Positions 13,666 through 28,610 of a DNA stretch of 64,000 nucleotides are shown in pieces. The stretch is taken from assembly GCA_951406725.2 (NCBI GenBank), contig OX597816.1, forward strand, positions 157,108,001 to 157,172,000, given 5' to 3'. This DNA is from Octopus vulgaris (taxonomy: Eukaryota). Below the pieces are notes generated by a model that saw nothing but the letters and a program-made list of their open reading frames with translations, was not told the DNA's origin and made no database searches. Each line of letters starts with the position of its first letter. Position 1 is the stretch's first letter. The position numbers and the translations under genes are program-made.

Positions 13666-16600
13666 AGTATCATTATGAAGCATCTCATGAAAACAAACGT
13701 CTCGCCCCTTAACCAGTACTCTTCGCCTCCGTGGGGCAACGAAGAATTTATTTCTATTCAAGGAAGGGTTTAACTTGTAGTCTCTTGTCAAGCATAACCA
13801 ATTAGAGCGGGTCTCAACTGCAATATATATTTCTTTTGTGACTTTCTTCAAGTATTTATGTTCTAGACATATTTTGTGCAGGAACGAGAGCACTGGCCTG
13901 TCTGGCAATTCACAGCAGCCGATTCCTAAAAGGAACGAGTCCCCCTGCAACCTATCGAAAAAAGCTTAGTCAACCAAGCCACTACAATTCGTCTTATTTT
14001 TGCTGTTAAGAAATGTCCATTATGCCTTCCTAATGCACGGATTGAACACACGTGTGGTGCAGAGTTCCTTCTGGTATTGGCCAATTCTGAAAAACTGTAA
14101 CGCCATACAATTTAATATTGTAATCAATAAAATTGTATATGTTTTCCAAAGTCGCACCATACAGAGAGCTACTCCTCTGCTGATGTACACACATCGCTTA
14201 CATATGTTTCTTTAGCAATGTTATCTACCGAACAATGCGTTTGGTTTTTGGATTTGCTTTACAAGATTCTTTATGTGAGTTCGTGTGTTGAAGCATATTC
14301 TATTGTGTCTGGGGAGAGTCATTTTCTTTTCGTGTCTTATAATTTAACACACTCACCGGTAAAATTTCCACTTATTATTTTTATTTTCCTAACATTTTCG
14401 TTGAGTCTTGCGACCTTTTCACTAGTCAAGACTATTGAATTAGAAATAGTATTCAACAGTCAGAATCATTACACCATGTTTTAGTTCTGGTGCCAGTGCT
14501 TCAAAAAACATTTGTGTTCGCTCTTCAACGAATTTACAATGCAGGCCATCCAACAACGTTTGCATTTTCTATATGCATTAACTTAAAACAAAACTAGGAC
14601 TGACATAATCTTTCACATAACGTTTTCTAATCAATCTATATAATAGTATCTTCTCAAATCTCTAGTATCACTATTGATCTCATGTGAGATCACTATTTAT
14701 GTGATTCATGTTTTGTGTAGCTGTACACTATTCATGTTTTGTGTAGCTGTAGCTACATGAAACATGAGATACGTAGACATAAAATGGTGAAGATTCTGTG
14801 GACAGCATGATTTACATAGTCTATTTATCATTATATGTATATCATTGAGTTTTGCATGTATATTATAGTTCCATAGGATCCATTTGCGCCCCTGTCAAGG
14901 ATGAAAATGTGTTATTTGTTTTCTCTTTTATGAGTTCTCCTTCAATTGGTTTCATGTATAACATGAATATGAAGTTCCACTGAAAACATACCATAAAATA
15001 TATTAGGAACTGAGAAGCAAAGTGTCTTTGCATCTGCATCTAATGTGTTGGTTACATATGTCACTCACTCTTACCATTCGATCAATGTGACACAGTGCGT
15101 CATATGCCCAGTGTGTGTGTGTGTCTGGTGTATGTGTGTGTGTGTGTGTGTGTGTCTGTGTATGTGTGTGAGTGTGTGTATGTGTCGGTGTGTTTGTTGA
15201 TGTGTCGGTGTGTAACTACTGTTGTATGCTTCGAAATTACTGCATCATTTCTGTCTGTTTTTCTTTACTTCCTCTATTTATTTCGCTCCGCTCCTCCTGC
15301 TCTGTCCAATCTCTTTCCATATATCTTGATATTGCGAATTGCTCGTTTCTACGTAGAAATCTCCCTCTATATGTATGTATGTATGCATGTATGTATGTGT
15401 GTGTATGTATGTATGTATGTATGTATGTATGTATGTATGTATGTGTGTATGTATGTATGTATGTATGTATGTATGTATGTATGTATGTATGTATGTATGT
15501 ATGTATGTATGAATGTATTATGTATGTATGTATTATGTATGTATGTATTATGTATGTACGTATGTATGTATGTATTATGTATGTATGTATGTATGTGTGT
15601 GTGTGTGTGTTTTGTATTAGTGTGCGCTATATTATAATCAGTTAATATCGAATAGTGAGAATTAGTGTTAAACATTGCATTGGTCGCTAAATATTTCTTT
15701 TATTTGTGGGTTAACTAGGCTATCATTTCTTTCATGTTAATGGAGGTATATCTCTTAACGATTTTCAAACGTATTGCCTGTGACGTTGGTGCTCGTCTAA
15801 TCGAAAATTGTTAGAAAATATACCTCACTAGCGGTATATATATATATATATATTATGTCATATTATATTATATCATTATATCATATTATTATATATTACA
15901 TATTAAGAAAAAGCAAAAGCCTCAACATCGGCAACAATTTGCATAACAACTATACTTCGTAATCTGAATGTATATGTCCAGAGGTTACATAGCTTCCTGC
16001 AGGACCCTTCTTTGAATATGTGTCTCGGCATGGTTAGACTCATTGTTTATTTGTAATGCAGATCTCAAGTCATGCTTGTTCTATCTGTGCGCCACATGTC
16101 GACTCTGTGCAGAGGTCTTTCAATAGAGCATATAGAACAATTAAAAGAATTATACAATGTACTACTGCGAATTATTTAGACAGTGACTGCTGTACACACA
16201 AGCACGCGCACTCTACAGCAGAAGGTGGTCTTTCCACCAAGTGCCAACGATTGTTTCACAAACACTAAGCGATCTGGTTCACGGTTATTTCTTCCCAAAT
16301 CTCGATTTTTACCCCTATTGATTTTATACTTCACTTCAGTCAGGGATGCATTCACGAAATATTGGCTTCTGAAATATTTTCCCTTCGTTCGTAATCCTAC
16401 AACTTTTCACGCCCATTAAAATTGGCATCTTTAATTTCAAGATGATTAATGAATTCATTAGCTCTATCCCTCTATCTAGCACAAAGAAAAATCGAAACAG
16501 ATCACATTCGCACTCGTCAATATCATTTGTTAGTTGCCACATATTATGAACAGCACAGTGTCGAATGTTTGATTAGTGGAGGTTCCACACCGTCTACAGA

Positions 16601-17004
16601 TCCTGAATATGTGTATCTGAAGTTAGCTTGGAGCCATGGTTATTTGTTCAAAGCTGTACGAATGATTTAGTTAGTGATTTATAATTGACTAAGAAGGATG
16701 CAAAGCTTCTCTCCTGAAGACTGTTGGAAGGCTGTTTAGTTAAACATGTAATTAGGCTTTCAGTAAAAATAAACAAGTTCTAATCGAATCTATATTCAGC
16801 GACCATGTGAATCTATATTCGCCTGCCATGATGAAACACTTTCTATTCCTGTCATTAACTGCCATAAATGACGGAATGTACTGCGAAAAGTAAACATTGA
16901 GAACGGTTTTATAAATATATCCACTGAAACGAAAGCGCGTGAATTTGGCATGAAGATATGTTAGCGAATTTGTTGGATATTACATCACATTAACTCAGAT
17001 TATA

Positions 17005-17530
17005 TTGGATACAAAATTGCTCCAAATGAGAAACGGGCAGCTTGATTATGAAGCTTTACATAAACAAAAGCAGAACTTCTATAAGTTGCTACAGGGATAC
17101 GAAGTAATTGATGTACTGTATACAATACTTTGTACAGCCATTTATGATCATCAAATTTTACTTTTGTTTAGCCAGGGTAAATTTCAATCAACATAGAAAG
17201 CACGAAGCAGAATTAACACTGTGGAATATGTGATGTTGCAGGAAACCTGAGGAAATATCATTAGCATTCTCGACAGCAATTCATTAGAAACACCGTGTTC
17301 AGTCTTCCCAACAGATTTACATAATCGGCCATGCTTTTCGCTGTGTATCCCAGTTGCTTCATATAACAATATTGATCTCTTATAGCTGCGCAAAACTTAT
17401 TTATAGAAGGGAGAAGATATTGGATATTGTTACGTTCATGACATTTCCAAGAGTATTATCACCGCATTTGAAGTTAAATGGCTTCAATAGAGAATCGATA
17501 CTTGTCCATGATTTCTACTAACCACAAGCT
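17005..17530 (+). pseudogene. Possible highly decayed Gypsy RT-connection/RNase H fragment
   Basis: GYKIAPNEKRAA..SFT.TKAELL resembles G+.P+.EK..AI..F..P.TK.EL. Many stops. Confidence 0.3.
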
Positions 17531-18326
17531 TATATATTTTTCTACTACACTTGCCAGACTTTATATAACAATATAACAATTACGTTGATCTTTGATCTTG
17601 TTAGTTCTACCTCAGCAGTTTAGAAAATTTCTGATTCTTTCTGCCATCTCAGTGGTCTATAGAACTGGTTAGGTAGTAAGCATTATAATCAATCATATTT
17701 TCTTCATATCATATTTCTCATAGTCATTCATGATTTATGCCTTTAAAAGATTTGGATTTTTATGCGTTCTCTAACTACTTTCTTTAAGATTACTTTTCCA
17801 CAATCAGAGATTTTTGTTGTTGCTTAACCCCTGGCCAAAGCTGACAACCTAAAGAGGCATAAAATCCCATGATTTCCCAACAACATAAGATTATTTTTCT
17901 CGTGACAAAATGTAACATGGATTACATTAACAAATATTCCCTCTTTTAGTGATAATGACATATTGGTAGTGATTTGGGTATTACTTCTAGTAGGCTGAGT
18001 GAAACCCGTAGAAGCTCTTTCAATTGCTGTATCCCTTATTTACGTGAGAAGAAAATTAAATGGCGGTTGTTACAGGAATGCATTCCTTCAACGGTGATAG
18101 TTGAGGATAACATGAAACGAAATAGCTTCCAGGTATCATGATTAGCAACTTGAAAGCTTGTTACAACGTAGAGCAGTTCAAAGTGTTCAAAGATTTCGAA
18201 TTTATTCTGATCTATTAACATTTAATAGGAGAAATTTGATTTCTTTCTTAAACAAAAAGCATAATTTTAATATATGAATTGAAGTAGCTCCAGCATATGA
18301 GCTGTGGCCATGCTACAGCACCGCCA

Positions 18327-18368
<42 letters not shown>

Positions 18369-19379
18369 CTTAATTACAGGATAAAGTCATTAAAATTAAT
18401 GAATTTTATCAGAGGCCAGCATATAAAAACCTTTTAGGTAAAATACATCTATAGAGATATATAATTGTACAGGGTATATATATACTTAAGGGCTACCGTG
18501 CCTATATGTTGAAAGAAAACGCCGAATTCGCCCCACCACTTTAATTGTTCACTCCACATATACACACGAGTTGAAAGCGGGAAACTAGACTGACTAAAAA
18601 TTCATAAAATAATTCATTTTCTTTTGGATTGATCAATTTCATGATTAGTTTGATAACTTTTCTTTCATCAGCAAAACATACTAAGTAAAATAAATGAAAA
18701 TATTAATACATACCCACAGAAAAGCACACGCAAAATGTGAGCACATACAAATATTCACACATATATACGCATCGAATTTCGCATTCCACCTCAACACGTG
18801 TGTTTCTGATCAGAATAGCACACTAGTAAATAAACTAACCCAATATCAATGGTTGTGTTTAAGCAAAATTACAGGTTAAATACATCAAAATTAAGTTTCA
18901 TCAGTAGTCAGCATATAAAAACCTTTAAGGCAAGATATATATATAGAGAGAGATATATAATTGTATGGGGCACAATTATACTTAAAGATACAGAAGCTAC
19001 CGTGCCTACAAGCTGAAAGAAGGCGCGTATATATGTGTGTGAATATTTGTATGTACACGAAATTTGCGTATGCTTTTCTGTGGCTATATATAAATATTTT
19101 CATTTATTTCGCTTCGTATGTTTTTCTGATGAAGGAAGAGTTATCGAACTAATCCATAAATTGATCAACCTAAAATTAACTGAATTTTTTAAGAATTTTT
19201 AGTTACTCTACTCTCCCGCTTTCAACTTGCGTGTATACGTGGAGTGAACATTTCAAGTGCTGGAAGAAATTCGGCGTCTTCTTTTAGCATATAAGCTCAG
19301 TAGCGTCTGTGCCATTAAGCATAATTGTACCCTATACAATTATCTCTCTCCCCTCCCTCCCTCTCTCTCTTTCTCTCTT

Positions 19380-19435
<56 letters not shown>

Positions 19436-20437
19436 GATTGTAGTCGATTCACACTGTCGCAAAATCTCCGTCGCTGACAAGGCTTTAGAAATATCGACCT
19501 TAAAAAGTAATAACAAAAACTGAATGTAAAAAAATTTCATGTTACAAAACTAGCATGATAGCCACCGATTCTACATCTACATTAGCTCTTGGAATCATTA
19601 ACATTATTCTAAAATGTTTTCACTATTCCAATCCATGTATACATATGTGGTTGTGTGCATGCACGGGTTTCTTTTAATTATATGAAATATGAAAATGGAC
19701 ATATTTATTTAAGTGAATAAATTATATATAATTCAATATAGCACCAAAGAGTCTAGTTAATTAACGAATGGGTTTAAACCCTTAATATTCGTGTCTGAAA
19801 TGCGCTACATACGATTTAGGAGAAGATGAAAAAAAAAGAACCGATAATACATATGTTGTAATGTATCATAGCAAATATTCATTCGCTCGTGAATTGCACA
19901 GCAAGCGATCAACAACGAAATTATACAAAATAGAAAATAGTCTTGTGAATGGATTTGGTAGACGGAAACTGAAAGAAGTATGTGTGTGTGTGTGTGTGTA
20001 GCTAGGCTCGGACCTAATTTTGTGTGATAAGAAGCTTGTTTCCCGAATACATGGTTCCGGAATTCAGCCTCACAACGTGGTGCGTTGGGCAAGTGTCTTC
20101 TACTCTATACTCAGGCTGCAAAAAGCCTTGCGGATGGATCTGGAATGCAGAGACTGAAATCCCGTCGTATATATGTGGATGTGTGGCGGGAGGTTGACTC
20201 TGTGTGTTCCTATGTGTTTATTCCTATGTGTGTGTATCTTTATGACTGAGTTAGTCCAGCGATACCATTTGACAACTGGTGTGTGTGCATTTACGTCCTC
20301 GTAGCTTACCGGTTCGGCAAAAGTCGCTTAGAAAAAAGTTCCCGGGTCGATTTGTACAACTAGAACAGAACCCTTAAAGGCGCATCACAGCATGTCCGCA
20401 ATCAAATCACTGAAACAATTATAAGATAAAAAGTGTG

Positions 20438-20483
<46 letters not shown>

Positions 20484-20555
20484 TAAAAACGGTAAGATAA
20501 CAAAAGAAAGAAAGAGACCTCAATATTATGTAAATAGAGGAAATTTATCTATAAA

Positions 20556-20764
20556 ATAATATGTTACATTTACTCAATAGTCAAGATAAAACTCTGAGTT
20601 TCAGATGCCGAAGTGGAAATCCACAACACCATCTCTTCGGTTATCTGGCCATCTGAAAAACGCTATGAAAAAATACCGTTATATAAAGGGAAATTACTGT
20701 GTTATAATTCTGCTCGCGAACCCACTCAGAGTTTTATCTTGACTATTGAGTAAATGTAACATAT

Positions 20765-20767
<3 letters not shown>
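20556..20767. repeat. Perfect 44-bp inverted repeats around a 124-bp core
   Basis: 20556-20599 is the reverse complement of 20724-20767. Confidence 0.9.
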
Positions 20768-20802
<35 letters not shown>

Positions 20803-21795
20803 GTATGTATATGTATATATGGATGGATTTATTTATACACGATTGTGCGTGTAACTGCTAGGAATGAATGAAACCAGTACAGTTTTTAATTCTGTTCCGA
20901 CTATTATATAAATCATAAGCAATATGAATGGTAAAAATCCGTGAAAGTGTTATCCTAGCAAGCAGCCCAATAAATGGATTCAGTTAAATAAAGATTAACT
21001 GAGTATATATTTCATACAACAACCATTCAATTAGAAGCTGGTAATTATTCCTTTTTGTAAGCCAATAAAGATTCATGCAATACCAAGTGGAATAACTGGA
21101 CAGATAACTTAATTTTCTCCATTCGATGAACATCATATGCAAATATTTCAATCGGTGAAATGTTTGAGGTACTAGATCGCCGAATATAATCTTTCGTGAG
21201 ATTTTTCCGGCCTTCTGCTTCCTGCGTTTCTAGTATATAACTACCAAGAACATTTTCCATTTTCACTAGTTTCCTAAACTACAATTATTCCATGAAAAAA
21301 GAAAACAAAACGCAAAACACCTTCTAATGACTTTCCTCCAGTTTTTATTTATTTTTACCTTTAATGAAATACCTCGGTAAAATTATTTCAAATAAACAAA
21401 TTACATGTCATACCATTTTAACAATTTCTAAAAAGAATGAAATAATGCTATAAATCATTCTTTCTCATTAGAAATTTCAAGAACTTCATATAAGAAAAAA
21501 CAATTGAAATATGTAAATACTGTGTATCTTTTTTCTCGTAATTCCTAAATTTCAAGCCCAGATTTTGTAATCAAGCCTTATATGAAAAATTATTATCTCT
21601 CTTCCATCATTAGGGATATTACTTTAACATATAAACCGGGATATCTTAGTTACCAGATTAAAGTATTTCGAGCAAATAAGCAAATGTTTTCTGGTGACCA
21701 CCCCTTATGAAATTATTTTTGTACTCATGAGGATTATCTAAACGTTTCTAGCTACCGAAATACATATACGTCTGCATTATTCAAATTTACACCTA

Positions 21796-22662
21796 CAGAA
21801 TGTTCGGACTGTATCTCAGGATTTTTAATGCTGTTTTCTTTCAGTAACAGTCTTGATGTATTGTTGAACAGGCAACGGTTTTCAAAAACATAAAGATTAA
21901 AACTGTAATAGAGAAGTTAGATGTTATGGAGGACTGGAAGCCTTCTGAAAAGAGTCGTCATGATAATTCGGACCGTATATCAAAATATTGATATCATGAC
22001 TGCTGCTAAATATTCTATGAACACTGTGAAAGCTGTAAGACGTGACATGGACAGCTGCAACGGAGAATATGAACTGTGGTCAACAGGAAAGTAATGAGCT
22101 TTGGGTGTGCTCCAGTGAGTGAAGCATCATGCCACTCCTTAGGCGACGTAAAGTTGCCTGAGACTGGTAAAACTCTGGATGGACAGGATTGCTACTAGAA
22201 AGCTATATGTGTATTAGCAGGATTTGGCTCCCTGCCATACCTCCAGAAAGAGTCAGAAGGGATTATTTGGAGAATTTCGCCGCTTTCACCAGCCCCAACT
22301 TCTGGTCTCCTACTTTTCCCGTTTGCAATCCTATGGTCACAATGTGTGAGGCACGTTTGAAAAAGACATCAACTGCTCTGCCTAAAACACTAAGGCCGAG
22401 CTGGTGGCAAAAAATCAAGGAGGTAGTCGAGGGTCTTTCCAAGGACACAATGAGGAAGGCATGCACCAGGTTCCGGACCGTCTTCAGGTCGTGGGTGGTG
22501 GAAGCTGAGGGCAGTTATTTTGACTATTTTGAGTAAACTGTTACTTTCCTGGCGTAATCTATTTGACGAATTTTTAATTTTATTATCAATTTTATTTTGG
22601 CATGGGAAATAGTGTTTCCTTTACCCTTTATGTAAACTGTCAAATTTAGCCCGAACACCCTG
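21796..22662 (+). pseudogene. Internally deleted Tc1/mariner-superfamily transposon remnant
   Basis: SPNFWSPTFPVCNPM resembles the WPPxSPDxNPxD motif, followed by a KIKEV..LSKDTMRKACTRF...VVEAEGSYF C-terminus. Degenerate TIRs CAGAATGTTCGGACT and AGCCCGAACACCCTG (12/15 match), with TA on the left. Confidence 0.7.
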
Positions 22663-23438
22663 CAGATGAACTGCACTGGTAAATGATTCTGCGTAGTAAC
22701 TCCGAAGTGAATAATGTACAGGAATGTGAGCTATTAAACTCAGTGATTAAGAAAGCGACGTACTACCTTTCATTGCTGTTGTTGATGCTGTTGTTGTTGC
22801 TGCTGCTGCTTTTGTTGTTGTTGTTGTTGTTGTTGTTGTTAAGCAACAAGACGGATAAGGGTGATTAGGTGATGGTCTAGGGCTTAGGGGAGGGAGACCC
22901 CAGACCTTGGAAAAAAAACTTTGGTCGTATTGTTGGTGTCAAGGGCTCTTTGTTGACGCCCGACACCACTGGGAGGTGGCCCTAGAAGTCGCTGGAAATG
23001 AAGATCTCCAGGTCCAAATTCTTGGACGGCTGTTTTTATTGTTGTTGTTTCAGATTAAGTTCAGTCTTGGAGCGGACATGTAAAGATTATAACCGCGGCG
23101 ACAATGTAAAATGCATTTTAAGTCGGTGAAGTTTCAATTCAGAACGACTTGACTACTGTGTAGCAGAAATAATGACCAGATAGAAGTACGTCGATGTTTC
23201 AACAGAGTATCGATAATGCTAGCATCCGCTCTCTTTCAGCATTGGTTAGCTGCTTAATTAAAATTTAGATCTCATACCAGTTACTGCCAACACAAATAGT
23301 TTATAATGATATAGTTTAATTGTACAATGGGAAATGAAATATACCAACCAACAGACTAGAAATTTTCTGATTAAATTTCTAGTCTGTTGGGCTGTATATC
23401 CGATTCTAAAGGAAGAATAATGTCCTTCCCTATTCAGC

Positions 23439-23497
<59 letters not shown>

Positions 23498-23641
23498 TAT
23501 GCATGTATATGTATAAGTATATGCATGTATGTATATGTATATATGTATATATATATATGTGTGTATTTATATATATATATGTGTGTGTGTGTGCATATAT
23601 ATATGCATGTATGTATGTATATATATATATATGTATATGTA

Positions 23642-23690
<49 letters not shown>

Positions 23691-24169
23691 ATGTATGATT
23701 GTGTGTGTGAGTTTGTGTGTGTCTGTTTGTGTGTGTCTATACGTCTGTGTGACTATGGGTACAAGTGTGCATAAGTGTATGACTATCTATCGATTACCAG
23801 TTGGAGATATTTCATTTAAATCATACCAATACAGGTGATGACAAAAGCAATACTTTCATTCTCTCTCTTTTATCACCGAAGTGTGAAAATGCGAGACACC
23901 CGTGTAGTTCAAATCTACATGCTAGAAGTCCGTTTGCTTAATGGAGAGTTTCATTAGCAGCATGTTTTAAAACTGTAATGATTTCCTCTGGAAATTAAAG
24001 TATCTATGAATAGGTCAGGTGTATCGAAGCACGTGACCAGGAAACCTCAGGAGAAATATACAATCATTGTGATGGAGCGGACGCCGGGAGCGGTAAGGTG
24101 AATTGTTTGTCTAAAATGCACTATAAACCTTCAATAATATTGAGATCTGTGGTGTGTGGTGGCCAGATA

Positions 24170-25125
24170 AGATGTTGAACTTAACTAGAAAGTTCCTCGT
24201 GCCATTCAGTAGCAAATACAGCTGTATGAATTGGTGCATTACCATCCTGAAAGATTGCGTTTCCCTCTGGAAAGTTACACAACCATAGGATGAATGTAAT
24301 CAGATAAAATGCTTAAATATTCATCACTATTAATTCTGCCATGAAGGGAAACCACTGGGTCGGCGGATTTCCAAGATATAGCCCCCCCCCCCCAACCCAG
24401 ATCATTACAGATCCTCCTCCATATTTAACAGTTGGAAGAAGACAGCCTGGGGTCAAATGATTCTTTTGGCTGTCTCCACACGTATACTCGGCCGATAGTT
24501 GGAAATAAGGTAAAGGATGACTCGTCCGAGAAAATAACATTCTTATACTGCTCTAGGTACCAATTCTGTGGGTTTTTACTCCACTCTAAACGCTTTGCAA
24601 CGTTTGTTTTTGAAAGTACTTGTTTTCTGATTGCAGCTCTCCCGTAAAACCCGGCTTTGTGCAGCGCCCGACGAACAGTTTTTTTTTTTTGTGGAAACTG
24701 GTTCTCGAGGTGGTCATTAAGCTCTGCAGTAATTTTGATGGTGCACTTTTGTGATACTTTCTAACAATTCGCGTAAGAGTCAGACGGTCCCTAAAAGTTT
24801 TGGTTTTCTTCCGGAGTTTTGTTTCGACGAGGAGGTTTCCTCTTTCTCAAAGGCTGTCATTACTTTCAAGACAGTAATTCTTTATACACCAAACATTTCG
24901 GCAGTGTTCCTTACGCTAGCGCCTACCATACGAGCACCAACTATTAGACCTCTTTGAAAGTCCGATTGATCTATCATTTTAATGAATTTTAATTATCTTT
25001 TTCTGATGATATCTGAAAAGAAACAGCGATTTTAGCAAAACATATTAAGCAACACTAATAATAAATTAAAAAACGTAAAAATAAACAAGCTTTTGACGGT
25101 TTTATAGATTATTTCAAAATTATGA
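24170..25125 (-). pseudogene. Decayed Tc1-family transposon (transposase with frameshifts)
   Basis: Minus-strand fragments MIDQSDFQRGLIVGARMVGASV (HTH start near 24978), NVIFSDESSFTLFPT (first catalytic D) and TVKYGGGSVMIW. Confidence 0.88.
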
Positions 25126-25167
25126 TGGTACGATGCTATGTGTTTCCATTACTTTGTCCAACCCCTG

Positions 25168-25233
<66 letters not shown>

Positions 25234-25344
25234 TTTACGTTATATCCTGACGTTTATAGGCATTTTTATGGACGACGTCCAGTATTCGCGGTTTGACGCT
25301 CGACAAATTGAGAAAGAACTTCATCATCATCGTCATCGTCATCG

Positions 25345-25348
25345 TAGC

Positions 25349-25413
<65 letters not shown>

Positions 25414-25423
25414 CAGCAGTAGC

Positions 25424-25467
<44 letters not shown>

Positions 25468-25507
25468 CAGCAGCAGTAGTAGTAGCAGCAGCAGCAGTAG
25501 TAGTAGT
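25345..25507. repeat. (AGT)n/(AGC)n triplet microsatellite
   Basis: Direct reading; source of the spurious poly-S/V/T ORFs. Confidence 0.95.
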
Positions 25508-26999
25508 TACCTGTAATAGGGGCAGAACATTCAGCATCGCTATATGTAAATTATATTATAAATACCCTTTCTATCAAATTTCGCAATCATTTCAAATAAT
25601 TTAATTAATGTTTGAGTGTTTGTAGAATTGTCCCAGTGATTATTATTTCGTTATCAATTTGTACACGAGTTTCCTTGTTACTTTCTCATGAAAGATGATT
25701 AAAATGAAGATCGTTTCGTAATAAGATTTCATTTTCTTTTATCTTACTTGGTGCAAATTAAGTATTTGGCATTCAGTTTTTATTGTATTAATAGCTTTCT
25801 GTTCCCTCTTGCCTACAGACACGAAATCATTGGCGCAGGTTGATGAGGTGACAACCTACAATGTGAAAAGGTCTCGAGTTTATATTACGACAGGTGTTAT
25901 ACATATCGTCCATAAATGAATCATTAAATTCTCGCTAGGCTCGTGCACTTGCTTGTGAGAAGAAGCGACGTATAATTAATTAGTGGTTCGTTGAGTTGCA
26001 ATTGATTTGAATTTAAAATCTCCGAACTGGTTTTAAGAACACAATACGAATACACTTTAGCTACAAGGTTATCGGGAGTCCTCTAGATGCCAATATCTTT
26101 GTTCTATAAAATTATTGGTTGATTAAAAGCTTTCCGTTTAAATCCTACTACCACAATCATGAACTGCATAACCCAGTGAAGGGAAGGGGTATAAGGAGTC
26201 GTCCTGTATTCAAGAAATAGGAGCCATTCAACCATGTTTAAAAGTGAAAAATACATTAAGTCATTGCACGGAGTCTGAATATAACTGGAATATCTGAATT
26301 TAACTAACCAATTCTGGAAAGCCTTTGATATCAGTTCTGCATGATTAAGACTCATTTGGAGCTCAGCAGCAACAACAATTACTGTGTGATCAATAGGAGA
26401 GATAGGTTGAAAAGTAACAATCAAAGCGTTGTTAGTCTTCATCATTAACAACATAATCTATATATCTTAATACAGAGAATCCGAGAGCAACCACAATATT
26501 TTGTATAGTATAATGGTGTAAAATACTTTAATATGTATTACTGATTTATTATTTTCGTCGAAAGCGGCAAAATCATAAAATTAGTACTCTGATGCGTCGA
26601 TTTCTCTTGGAAAATCATTAACGTATTAAATTACTTGAATGAAATTAAACAGGCATGCAAACTGTCATCCTCACCGGTTTCATTGTTAAAATAAGATACC
26701 AAAAATCAAATATAACTTTAGACATTTTCTTTAAATTCTCCATATATTCTACTTGAACTTCATCTGTTATTCTCAGCCGTATTTACGAATATCAATGTGG
26801 ATATCAGTGTTGTCGTGACATTTAATTCCCTGAAATTAATACAGATTCTTATCAGATGCAACATGGATTTCTCCATTTTATACATACGTAAGATACTTCA
26901 TTCATTACGTAAGTGCGGGATGAAATCATACTTTCCCTGTCAATATCACAGTGAATTTAGAGGGATACGAGTGGTAGATTGTGATGGATTTAAAGAATG

Positions 27000-27560
27000 G
27001 TGCGTGAGTGAATTAGGTGTGAGAGACATGTGTGCCATCTGGATCATTGAAACCTCGAAATCTAGCGATGGAGGTTTGGGACTCAAGAGAAGGGTGCGAC
27101 GCTCTGAAGAATAAAATGAAAGTGTTTAGTTCTTCGTGAGAAAGATCAGGGTTGCCGACACAAACATGATTGTAACAGCCAGATAATTCTTGGGGGAAAT
27201 CAGTAAACTCGGAAAAGATTTGTGTCGCAACATAGACAACAAATAAGTGTTCATACCCATGGTTATTCCAATGATCGGTATATATAGAGTTGATATCAAT
27301 AGTGAAAATTGGGTGGACGGAGAAAAATAAATGGAAAAGGCACAGAGAATGGTTGTTACCATAGACGGGAGAAGGAAGAGCAGCAAATAACAGTGTCAGG
27401 TGTGCATTGGTATAACTAGATGAGTTAGGCAGGAGCAGGTACAAGAAAGAAAGACATTTCCGCAGAGTTGTAGGGTTTATGGATGTTAGACAAGATGTAT
27501 AATTTGGAGATTGGAGTATGCAGGCCATACGTTTGGAAACTGCTGAAATTAGAAGCGAGA
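27000..27560 (-). pseudogene. Possible decayed APE-endonuclease fragment of a LINE
   Basis: SPVYGNNHSL resembles the SxxGxSDHxxI terminal APE motif, in a C/T-rich minus-strand ORF. Confidence 0.3.
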
Positions 27561-28127
27561 AAGATATGAATCTGGGGCTAAAAATGGGGAAACAAAGCGA
27601 AAATAGATTCATAAGGCAACGGACAGGAGAAAGGAGTATTCCGAAGCACTACATGCATAGCCAAAAACCACACATACATATTTATGTGTGTGTGAACATG
27701 TATGTATCTAAGAATATATGGAAGTATAAGACTATGTAAATATATGTGTATATATATATATATGTATATATATATGTATATAAGCATATATATATAAAGA
27801 TATATATGTACATGAATACATATACACACACACATACATATATACATACATACATACATACATACATGAATACGTATTTATATACATAATGCATACATAC
27901 ACACATGCATACAAATATTTATATATATATATATATCCATTGTTCATAGTGGCCGTATCCCATCATCTTTATAAAGACAAACGAAAGGCTTCTAAAATAT
28001 GAAAATAGTGGAACTTCCTGTCTCTATGTTATCGATTAATCACCACATCTCGATGTCAACTACCATTTACGAACTTTCAAATTGATCAATGGTCTAATTT
28101 GATTTGCTTTACATAGATATATTTATA

Positions 28128-28172
<45 letters not shown>

Positions 28173-28571
28173 TACATATAAAACATTTAACATTCATGTT
28201 TTTTACAAGTATTTTCAATGTTTTTCTTTTATTGTTTTTTTGTTTGGGAAAAGTTCAGCAAAGCAAATATTTGATTGATTCGATTGTGAATCTTGCTTAC
28301 AAATTTTCAAAATACATTAACGCTGGATACATAATAAAGATAGAGAAAAAAACTTTTCTGCCTAATAGTTTAATTAGCTGCATTCAAGGATGTATTCATG
28401 ATAAAATGTGCTTTCTATCTGAATAATGCCTACGTACATTACATAGATACACACATATATTCATACATAAATACATATACAGATACATAGATACATCCAT
28501 ACATACATATATATTGCATAGGTGCATGCACATATGTGACTGTGTGTATAGGTATTAGCATATAAATATTT

Positions 28572-28610
<39 letters not shown>

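Noticed and set aside
25821-25893. Candidate plus-strand exon TKSLAQVDEVTTYNVKRSRVYITT
   Set aside because: Acceptor is reasonable but the donor is weak and no homology was recognised.
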